From positions 1 through 64,000 of IMG/VR virus record IMGVR_UViG_2865147665_000001: a stretch of DNA of 64,000 nt; one strand, given 5' to 3'. A model generated the notes under the pieces. The model saw only the letters and a list, made by a program, of their open reading frames with translations. It was not told the DNA's origin and did no database searches. This DNA is from an uncultured virus (IMG/VR IMGVR_UViG_2865147665_000001). Taxonomy: Duplodnaviria > Heunggongvirae > Uroviricota > Caudoviricetes. This document shows, one piece after another, positions 56,672 to 64,000 of this stretch. The stretch's first letter is position 1. Every line of letters begins with the position of its first letter. The position numbers and the translations under genes are program-made.

Positions 56672-57910
56672 TTAGATGAACATCCGTTGCAGCAGCGCCG
56701 TCTTGGCTTGCTTGAGGGACTCGATGTACTGAGCCTCAGCGGCAATGAGGGAATCTAGCCGGGTAAACACTGCGCCGATGGCCTGTTGTTCTTCGAGGGT
56801 GGGTGGAATGAAGACTTCCAAGTTCTTTACTAAGGCGCCGGACAGATTACCTTGCCCGCCTTGCAGGTACGTGTCAGTGATGTTCTTCTTGTTCATCCTT
56901 AGCCATGCCACTAGGTAGGCAGCGTTAAACCCATCACGTGGAATTAGCGCGAGAATCGCCTGGTTAATGGCACCTTCAATCTTAGCTAGGCTTACTTCAC
57001 CCGCAGTCGCACCATAAAGCGCGTAGAGCACCCACCCTGGCTGAACCATCTTGGCAGAACTGAAATGAAGCCCTGCCTCAGTAAGGGTTAACTCAGTGAA
57101 TGAGCTAGAAATTTCTGAGGAACGGATAAAGGGGATGTCCCCACCGTAGAACGCGTTTGTGCCAACAGTAGGTGTTCCCCCAGAAAACGAGTCTGCGATT
57201 GCTCCTACCTTAACGACATCCCACTCACCGTCGAATCCCTCCAGCCGCAGCTCGGGCACTGTCTGGCCCTCCTGCGGGAACATGCACTGCATGAGCGCCG
57301 TCTTGGCCTGCTGCAGCGCCTTGTGCTTGAGCATGTGCTGGTTGATGGCCGCGTCGAGATTGGTGAAGATAGCGCCGATGGCCTGCTGTTCTTCGAGGGT
57401 GGGTGCAAGCGTAACGGGAACTTCCAGGAAGTCTTGAGCAGATATGTTGAGCAAGCCGTGGTTTCGCGCGCCTTCAGCGGAATTGGCTTCTACAAACCTA
57501 TGCCAGCTGGAAGTTTCAAAGAAAGTGACTAGGAAATCTCCATCAATGGGTGGATGTTCCAAGAGTCGAAACACAATGTAGAGAGATGACAGGACGCCAC
57601 GGTCGTACTTGTCGAGACGTTTTACAGTTCCAACAGGATGTCCGGCTGAAAAGCTTTTGTTATATGCAAATTCACCATTCTCTACGAGCAGATAGTTTCG
57701 GAGATTCGCACTGGCCACTCGATTGTTGAAGTAGGTGATCTGATCCACCAGACCGTACTGAGCAGAGATAGTAAGCGGTAGGGTGCTTTGCAGGTCTGTG
57801 TTCTTCCGCTGCACCCTTTCAGTGAAGGTGTTCAGAGGCACAGTCTCCCACTCACCATCGAAGCCCTCCAGCCGCAGTGCGGGTACGTTCTGCTTAGGCA
57901 TCACGACCAC
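56672..57910 (-). CDS. hsdS: Type I specificity subunit
   Basis: Two TRDs bounded by repeated LRLEGFDGEW and PTLEEQQAIGA. Confidence 0.95.
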   Translation of the reverse strand: MVVMPKQNVPALRLEGFDGEWETVPLNTFTERVQRKNTDLQSTLPLTISAQYGLVDQITYFNNRVASANLRNYLLVENGEFAYNKSFSAGHPVGTVKRLDKYDRGVLSSLYIVFRLLEHPPIDGDFLVTFFETSSWHRFVEANSAEGARNHGLLNISAQDFLEVPVTLAPTLEEQQAIGAIFTNLDAAINQHMLKHKALQQAKTALMQCMFPQEGQTVPELRLEGFDGEWDVVKVGAIADSFSGGTPTVGTNAFYGGDIPFIRSSEISSSFTELTLTEAGLHFSSAKMVQPGWVLYALYGATAGEVSLAKIEGAINQAILALIPRDGFNAAYLVAWLRMNKKNITDTYLQGGQGNLSGALVKNLEVFIPPTLEEQQAIGAVFTRLDSLIAAEAQYIESLKQAKTALLQRMFI

Positions 57911-60509
57911 CGCCCAGCAGCTCTTGCAGTGCAGTTACAGCCTGCATATCGGCAGTGTTGCCCGTGAGTCCACTGAGCAGGCTAGCCAGCTGCTGCTCCG
58001 TCTCGCGAATCTGCACGTCGAGGTCGGTCAGCGCTACCGCGTACTTGTCGTGCAGCGCCTGAACGCGGGCTGCAAGACCTGCAAGCACGTGACCAGGGAT
58101 GTCCCGCAGGTCATCCATGAGTGCAGTGATCCACTTGGCGGTGAGCACTTCGTCTACCTGCGCGTCGGTGAGCGCTTCGATGGTGGCGTAGGTGTCTGCC
58201 TCAAGCTGCTGTTCGGCAACCTTGAGGTCCTTCTTGAGTGTGTCACGCTGCTCGATGAGGGCCTTGGCGCTGAGCATGACAGCCTCGACACTGCCCTCCG
58301 GCCAGGTCTGGCCCTTGGGTAGCTTCGGTAGCTCCTTGATGGCCTTCTTCAGTGCAGCAGCAGTGAAAGCATCCTGCTTATCGTTGAGTACCTCGGCCAG
58401 GTCGGTCTTGTCATCTTCGCTCAAGCTCTCGATGAGCTGCGTCAGCTCCGATACCGCTGTGTCTAGGTCACGGCTCAGCTGGGTTACTTGGTCCTTGAGC
58501 TGCGGCAGGTAGAGTTCCTGCACCAACTCATTGGGGGCGATACGCCCCTCCCAGCCGACCTGGACTTCTTCCTTCTTACCCTTGCGGGTCTTCATCTCCA
58601 TGACAGGGTCGTTGACCCGCACGGCGTCTAGGCCTTCGGTCTGGATGACCTCTAGGTCAGCAGCAGTGTTGATCCAGCTGTCATGGAGAACCTGGTAGCC
58701 CTCGTAGGCATCAACCAGCGGTACAGGGTCGAGCCGGTCGAATAGGCCAGCCTTGAGCTGGTCTTCGGTGGTGTTGAGTGGCACGGTGGCGGCGCTGTCC
58801 ACAAGCAGCGCATGCAGCTTCTCTGGCAGGTCAGATAGTGCTGCATTGACCTGGTCACGCAGTGCCTGAGCTGCAGGGTGCTGGTCGACAGCCTCACGGA
58901 GGTTAGTGGTGTTCAGCTCCGCGTAGCCATTGGCGTTTTCGGTGAACAGAGCCTCACGCAGACCAGGCAGCGCAGTCCAGTAGTGCTCCAGGGCGTCAAT
59001 CTCCGACACTGGAATACCACCGTGCATGGTGGCGTACAGGTCTACAGCCTCCGGCGGCAGGGTGGCAGACACGTAGCGCGGAATGTTGAGGTTATGGTCG
59101 TTCTCGCGAATCTCGTCGCGGGTCACGACCTTAGCGAAGTGTGGCACGTCCTCACGGTTGTGGACAGCATCAACGATCCGCTGGATGTCGCGGGCACGCA
59201 GGTGGTTGTACTTACCCTGCTTAACGAAGCCTTGAGAAGCATCGATGAACAGCACGTCATCGCGGTCACGCTCCTGCTTGAGCACCAGGATGATGGTGGC
59301 AATGCCCGTGCCGTAGAAGATGTTGGAGGGCAGGCCGATGACGGCATCGATGTGGTTGGCCTCGATGAGATTGCGACGGATGTCAGCCTCAGAGCCACCA
59401 CGGAACAACACGCCGTGCGGCAAGACGATGGTGAGAATACCGTCGGGCTTGACGTGGAACAGCTCATGCAGCAGGAAGGCGTAGTCAGCCTTGGTCTTGG
59501 GCGCCAGACCAAACCGTGAGAAGCGTGGGTCAGCCTCGTTACCTTCCGGCTCCCACTTCTGGGAATATGGCGGGTTGGAGACAACCGCGTCCACGTAGAG
59601 CGGCTGGTAGGTCTGCACCGGGTCGGACTCGTCGAACATTGGCCAGTCATGAGCCAGGCTGTCACCGTTGCGAGCGACAATATTGTCAGCCTTCACGCCA
59701 CGCATGACCAGGTTCATTCGCGTGAGGTTGTACGTGTTCTCGCGCAGTTCCTGGGCAAAATACTTGATGCGGCTTGGGTCGCCCATGCGCTTGGCAACGG
59801 CTTGGCCGATATTGAGTAGCAGGGAGCCAGAGCCAGAGGTCGGGTCATAGATTTGAATCTCCTCGCGGCCCTTGAGGTGGTCGGCGACGATGTTGCTCAT
59901 GATGAGCGAGACTTCGTGTGGGGTGTAGAACTCGCCCGCCTTCTTACCTGCGTTGGCCGCGAACTTCTCGATGAGGTACTCGTAAATGTAGCCGAGCACG
60001 TCATAGCCCTGCTTGCCGTCGGTGGGGATGTCGTCGATAAGCTCCAGTAGCTTTTTGATGGCAGCGGTTCGTGCGGTATCGGTAGTGCCGAGCTTGGACA
60101 GGCCGGTCTCAAGGGTGTTGAAGATGTCCTCGAAGACATGCTTGCGCTCTGGAGCAATGTTGCGCTTGAACGTGGCTAACCCTTCACGCACGTGCGCGAT
60201 GGAGAAATCGTTGCCCATGTCCCGCCACGTGGAGTACAGGTTCTCGTAGGTGAGGAAGTATCCCAAGTTGTTGCGCACCAGGGATACAGTGTCGGTGTCC
60301 GTCTCAACCAGAGCATCAGGCAGGTCTTCCGGCTCAGCGTCGTTGAGTAGCAGGAACTGCTCGACCTGGTCCGAGAGGAACTTATAGAAGATGAAGCCGA
60401 GGATGTAATCCTTATACTCGTTGGCTTCAATTTTGGAGCGCATATTGTTGGCCGATTCCCAGATGCGGTTGGCCAGTTCTTGTTTGTTCACGAGGACCTC
60501 ACTGTTCAT
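57894..60509 (-). CDS. hsdM: Type I methyltransferase with long C-terminal extension
   Basis: GEFYTP, YDPTSGSG, VSNPPY, NLNIPRY. Confidence 0.96.
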   Translation of the reverse strand: MNSEVLVNKQELANRIWESANNMRSKIEANEYKDYILGFIFYKFLSDQVEQFLLLNDAEPEDLPDALVETDTDTVSLVRNNLGYFLTYENLYSTWRDMGNDFSIAHVREGLATFKRNIAPERKHVFEDIFNTLETGLSKLGTTDTARTAAIKKLLELIDDIPTDGKQGYDVLGYIYEYLIEKFAANAGKKAGEFYTPHEVSLIMSNIVADHLKGREEIQIYDPTSGSGSLLLNIGQAVAKRMGDPSRIKYFAQELRENTYNLTRMNLVMRGVKADNIVARNGDSLAHDWPMFDESDPVQTYQPLYVDAVVSNPPYSQKWEPEGNEADPRFSRFGLAPKTKADYAFLLHELFHVKPDGILTIVLPHGVLFRGGSEADIRRNLIEANHIDAVIGLPSNIFYGTGIATIILVLKQERDRDDVLFIDASQGFVKQGKYNHLRARDIQRIVDAVHNREDVPHFAKVVTRDEIRENDHNLNIPRYVSATLPPEAVDLYATMHGGIPVSEIDALEHYWTALPGLREALFTENANGYAELNTTNLREAVDQHPAAQALRDQVNAALSDLPEKLHALLVDSAATVPLNTTEDQLKAGLFDRLDPVPLVDAYEGYQVLHDSWINTAADLEVIQTEGLDAVRVNDPVMEMKTRKGKKEEVQVGWEGRIAPNELVQELYLPQLKDQVTQLSRDLDTAVSELTQLIESLSEDDKTDLAEVLNDKQDAFTAAALKKAIKELPKLPKGQTWPEGSVEAVMLSAKALIEQRDTLKKDLKVAEQQLEADTYATIEALTDAQVDEVLTAKWITALMDDLRDIPGHVLAGLAARVQALHDKYAVALTDLDVQIRETEQQLASLLSGLTGNTADMQAVTALQELLGGGRDA

Positions 60510-60700
60510 AATCGCTCGATTATGGACACCTCTGGACGGAGAGGGTCGAGACGTGACTCGCAACGCCCGAAAGATGTTCCACAATCGCTGTTCTGGTTCT
60601 CCATTGTACCATAACTGACCAATTGACGATTATGGAACATATAGTTTCGCTTGTTGCGGTAACTACCCTGCACGGTGTCCGACCTTGTGCGAAGATTCCT

Positions 60701-62155
60701 GGCTCTTCTCGATTTAGAGTGCGTTGATCCGGTCCTGCAGCTGGCCGGAGTGGATCAGCGACCGCAAGATGTAGTGGTCGAGGTTCCTGAACCCTAGGGC
60801 GATGCCGCGTAGATGCTCCAGCCTGCCGTTGATGGCCTCGACCGGACCGTTGGATGCGCCGATATCGAAGTACGCCAGGATGTCGTGCCGTCGGCGCCAC
60901 AGGGTCCGGCCGAGTTGCGCCAGCTCCTCCAGCCCCGTCGGTAGGCCCTTGCGCAGGGTGCCGATCACCCTGCCCATCAACTTCTTGCCCCGCGCTCTGT
61001 CCGGCTGACCATAGGCACTGACCAGGTCCTGGTAGAACTCCCAGGTCACCTGCAACGCGACGTAGTCATCGTCGGTGTCCCACAGCCGATCCAGGCGCTG
61101 GCGCTGCCGGTCGGTGAGGAAATCGGTCCTGGTCAGCAGCGCCCGGCGGTGCTTGTACAGCGGATCGTCTTTCTGCCCCCGACGTCCGGTGGTTTCTCGC
61201 TGCAGGCGTTGCCGACACCCGCTGAGCTTCTCTGCAGCCAGGTGGACGACGTGGAACGGGTCCATGACTTTGCGCGCCGCAGGGAGAGAGTGGTCGACGG
61301 CGGTGGCGTAGCCGGTGAACCCGTCCATCGTCACGACCTGCACCCCGGCCCGGAAGTCCGGGTCCCGCTCACCCAGCCAGGTTTTCAGGACGTCTGCGGA
61401 CCGCCCCGGGCGCATGTCGATCAGACGTGCCGGGCCTGCCCCGTCGGTCAGCGGGGTCAGGTCCACCAGCACGGTGACCATCGAAGACGGCTCGCCGGGT
61501 CGGCGGGTGTGTTTCCAGACGTGCTCATCGACGCCGAGGACCCGGACCCCAGCCAGGTGGGAGGGGTCAGCGTAGACCATGCTCCGGGCCGCGGTGACGG
61601 CGACGGTATTGACCAACTCCCAGCCGATTCCGAGAGCCTTCGCCGTGGCGGCCACGCTCATACGGTCGATGGCGAGGCGTTGGAGGATCCAGCGGGTCAC
61701 CCGGTGGGTGAGTTTCGCCCCGTCGTCAGCGCAGGCCAGTGAGGTCTGGAAGATCTTCCTGCTGCAGGTGGGGTTGGTGCATGTGAAGCGGGGTACCCGG
61801 ACGTTCAGGCGGGTGGGGAACCCCACGACCGGTAGGTCGACGAGTCGACGTCGGATGTGGTCCCGCTTCACCCCAGGCATCGCGCAGTCCGGGCAGGTGT
61901 CGGCTACGTCCACCGGCTCGGCGTTGATGATGGTGAGGGTGCCGGCGTCGGCGGCATCGGTGATCGTCAGACCGAGTTCTGCGGTGCGGCAGATGGTGTC
62001 GGCGACGAGGTTGCCAGTAGGGTGCACGGTAGGGTCCTGGTTCGGTCAGATGGAAGCTTCGCAACTCTCATCTTGTACCGGCCAGGGCCTCTGTATGTTG
62101 TACCACCCCGCGTCCCGCCCTTCAGCTATCTACGCACTCCGAACCGCGAAGAGCC
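60701..62155 (-). mobile_element. ISL3-family element, 1455 bp, 8-bp target duplication AGATTCCT
   Basis: ggctcttc...gaagagcc ends; duplication at 60693-60700 and 62156-62163. Confidence 0.95.
60714..62027 (-). CDS. ISL3 transposase
   Basis: CPDC, LGVDEH, MDGF, DPFHVV, SNGPVEAIN. Confidence 0.95.
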   Translation of the reverse strand: MHPTGNLVADTICRTAELGLTITDAADAGTLTIINAEPVDVADTCPDCAMPGVKRDHIRRRLVDLPVVGFPTRLNVRVPRFTCTNPTCSRKIFQTSLACADDGAKLTHRVTRWILQRLAIDRMSVAATAKALGIGWELVNTVAVTAARSMVYADPSHLAGVRVLGVDEHVWKHTRRPGEPSSMVTVLVDLTPLTDGAGPARLIDMRPGRSADVLKTWLGERDPDFRAGVQVVTMDGFTGYATAVDHSLPAARKVMDPFHVVHLAAEKLSGCRQRLQRETTGRRGQKDDPLYKHRRALLTRTDFLTDRQRQRLDRLWDTDDDYVALQVTWEFYQDLVSAYGQPDRARGKKLMGRVIGTLRKGLPTGLEELAQLGRTLWRRRHDILAYFDIGASNGPVEAINGRLEHLRGIALGFRNLDHYILRSLIHSGQLQDRINAL

Positions 62156-62269
62156 AGATTCCTACCGAACGTCGTGGTTGAGACAAAAAGAGTCCCCTCC
62201 CCCGAGGGACTCACGAAAGTTGCCCTCCCCCCGAGCAACAGTGGCTCCCACGGCGTTCTCCATACGCTG

Positions 62270-62311
62270 AAAAAATAAGCCCTACCTGCCATGAGTGGCA
62301 GGTAGGGCTTA
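62270..62311 (-). terminator. Intrinsic terminator after ardA
   Basis: taagccctacctgcca-tgag-tggcaggtagggctta, then T6 on the minus strand. Confidence 0.85.
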
Positions 62312-62344
62312 AGCGCACATGTGTCGATTGCAGAGCTATTTCTA

Positions 62345-62935
62345 TCAGTAATTGCGGAAAATGTAAACGCCGAACTCACCGCTGAAGCGTTCGGAGCCCT
62401 CGACCGAGAAGTCGTGCTTAAGGTCGCGCACGAAGCCAGCGTAGTCGAAGTACCTCTGTGCCAGCTCGTCCCATCCGCTCATGTCGATGGTCTGGTCGAT
62501 GAGGTCATAGGCGAAGTCCTCCCACGTATCCCAGTGGCCGCTGTAGGCCTCCATGAAGTCGGAGACGCAGGGTGTGCCATGACTGTCTTCGGTGTACATC
62601 CCGGTCGTCACCCAGGCGCACAGGGCGGGCCACAGGTGTTCAGCGTCCAACTCGATGTAAACCTCACCCCATCGGGTGGCTTCGAGCAGGTCCATCTCCC
62701 CGCTTGTGGGCATGTTGTCGATGTCGAAGCACCAGAGTTCCTCGCACTCGGGTGTGCTCAGGTACCCACCGTCGCGGTGGATGCGCTCGACGTCGAAGAC
62801 GTGCGGGGCGTCGGCGATGTCGGCAGCGTCGTACCAGGCACCGACCAGGCGGCCGGAGTTGTAGCAGTGCAGACACCCAGCCCACACGCGCGGGGCGTGA
62901 GTGTGGATGGAGGGGGTGGTCGTGGGCAGGGACAT
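62345..62935 (-). CDS. ardA: Antirestriction protein ArdA
   Basis: VWAGCLHCYNSGRLVGAW, EELWCFD, YFDYAGFVRDL; strongly acidic. Confidence 0.9.
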   Translation of the reverse strand: MSLPTTTPSIHTHAPRVWAGCLHCYNSGRLVGAWYDAADIADAPHVFDVERIHRDGGYLSTPECEELWCFDIDNMPTSGEMDLLEATRWGEVYIELDAEHLWPALCAWVTTGMYTEDSHGTPCVSDFMEAYSGHWDTWEDFAYDLIDQTIDMSGWDELAQRYFDYAGFVRDLKHDFSVEGSERFSGEFGVYIFRNY

Positions 62936-63010
62936 GGGACGGCCTCTCTTGTGAGTGGGTGTAGGTCACTTCTGTCCCCGGATGCGGCTCTGCCGCTTCT
63001 GTACGGTGAT

Positions 63011-64000
63011 CTACGACTTCCAGACCACTTTCACGCGCTCCGGCTCGAAAGATTTTGCCCCAGGCGTGCCACGCGTAATGTGGATCGCCATCAGCAGATG
63101 AACGAGGCGCCGCTGGTCCTCGATCGAAGCCCCCACCCACCATGCGGGAAAGTCCACAGCGTCGGCGATGTCCGCCAGGATGGGGTCAGCCGTGGTCGGC
63201 ATCGTCAGTTCCTGGACCTCGACGTCGACAGCCTCGATCTGCTGGCTGAACTTGTTCTCAAGCCTCACGAAGGCAGACGTGTCCATAGCTCCGTCGACGA
63301 CGTGCTGTTCCAGCTCCTCCCTGCGGGCAAGTAGTGCGGCTCGTCGGGCCACCAGTTCCTGAAGCCTATCGCCGGTCTCGTCGCTGTCGTCCGGACACAA
63401 AGCGACACGGAGGACGTCGAAAGCGTCCGGCTTGGCCATGCGGGCAAAGACGACCTTCTCAATGAAGTCGTCTACGTCGTCGGTGACCGACGTGTGGGTG
63501 GCTCCGGCGACCTCGCGCTTGCACGCGTAGTAGTGCGCTCGGCCACCTTTCCGCGCCCGTGTGCGGTGATACATCGGCGCTCCGCAAGAGCACTTGAGCA
63601 CGCCAGAGAGAAACTTGGTGGGAGCGGCCCCGGCGTGAGCGGTACGCCGAGAGGGATCGTTAAGGACAGCGCCTACCTGGGCGAACAACTCATCATCGAT
63701 GATGGCAGGCCAGGAGCCCCTACCAACAACCTGGCGGTCTTTGACCAGTCGGTAGCCGGTTTCGGGGTCAGTTGGGTTGAAGGTGGACTTGCCGTTGGCG
63801 CGGGGATTCAACAGCAGGTCACGCAGGGTGTAGGCGCTCATGGGTGCGCCAAGCGTCGTAGTCAGACCGCGCGAGTTAATCATGCGCGCAGCCTCGCGGA
63901 GTGTCTTGCCACTCACGACCATGCGCGCGGCCTCCTGGAGCGCCTCGGCTTCGGCGGGCACGATGGTCACCGCGTCTGCCTCGTAGCCGAACATGCGTCG
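63011..64000 (-). CDS. Large serine recombinase, C-terminal part; N-terminus outside the window
   Basis: FGY, LLLNP, WPAII, LSGVLKCSCG, YYAC zinc ribbon, coiled coil. Confidence 0.9.
   Translation of the reverse strand, partial: RRMFGYEADAVTIVPAEAEALQEAARMVVSGKTLREAARMINSRGLTTTLGAPMSAYTLRDLLLNPRANGKSTFNPTDPETGYRLVKDRQVVGRGSWPAIIDDELFAQVGAVLNDPSRRTAHAGAAPTKFLSGVLKCSCGAPMYHRTRARKGGRAHYYACKREVAGATHTSVTDDVDDFIEKVVFARMAKPDAFDVLRVALCPDDSDETGDRLQELVARRAALLARREELEQHVVDGAMDTSAFVRLENKFSQQIEAVDVEVQELTMPTTADPILADIADAVDFPAWWVGASIEDQRRLVHLLMAIHITRGTPGAKSFEPERVKVVWKS

Larger units (their letters stand above)
43251..64000. mobile_element. Integrative mobilizable element with large serine recombinase; right end outside the window
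   Basis: Sharp junction in eccC; xis-like, replicase, mob, R-M, ardA and recombinase genes. Confidence 0.88.

Noticed and set aside
52902..57910. Invertase-driven hsdS shufflon
   Set aside because: Single hsdS with direct rather than inverted repeats; no silent cassettes visible

Overview
High-GC actinobacterial chromosome, most likely Corynebacterium-like (ESX-4-type T7SS genes, IS31831-like ISL3). Three blocks. (1) 1-~38230: most of a temperate siphovirus prophage, read mainly on the minus strand, with lysis (holin, DUF4185 hydrolase, M23+GH25 endolysin), tail, head/packaging, replication/recombination, a tRNA-Leu(CAA), an immunity cassette and a tyrosine integrase. Its right junction appears to cut the second WXG100 gene after about 7 codons. 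(2) ~38230-43250: host type VII secretion locus (WXG100, FadR regulator, Rv3446c-like gene, 3' part of eccC). (3) 43251->64000: a large-serine-recombinase integrative mobilizable element inserted in the first Walker A motif of eccC. It carries a long inverted repeat, a ~320-nt structured leader ending in a terminator, an IS3-disrupted excisionase-like gene, a 1390-aa TOPRIM primase + helicase + 3'-5' exonuclease + family A DNA polymerase fusion, oriT/MobC/relaxase, a resolvase, a type I R-M system, an ISL3 and ArdA. The strongest candidates for something new are the single-polypeptide replisome element with its leader RNA, and the T7SS locus interrupted twice by excisable elements. Three short segments are assembly artefacts (two Nextera junction adapters, one poly-G read tail). 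All product calls come from reading motifs by eye; no database search was run.
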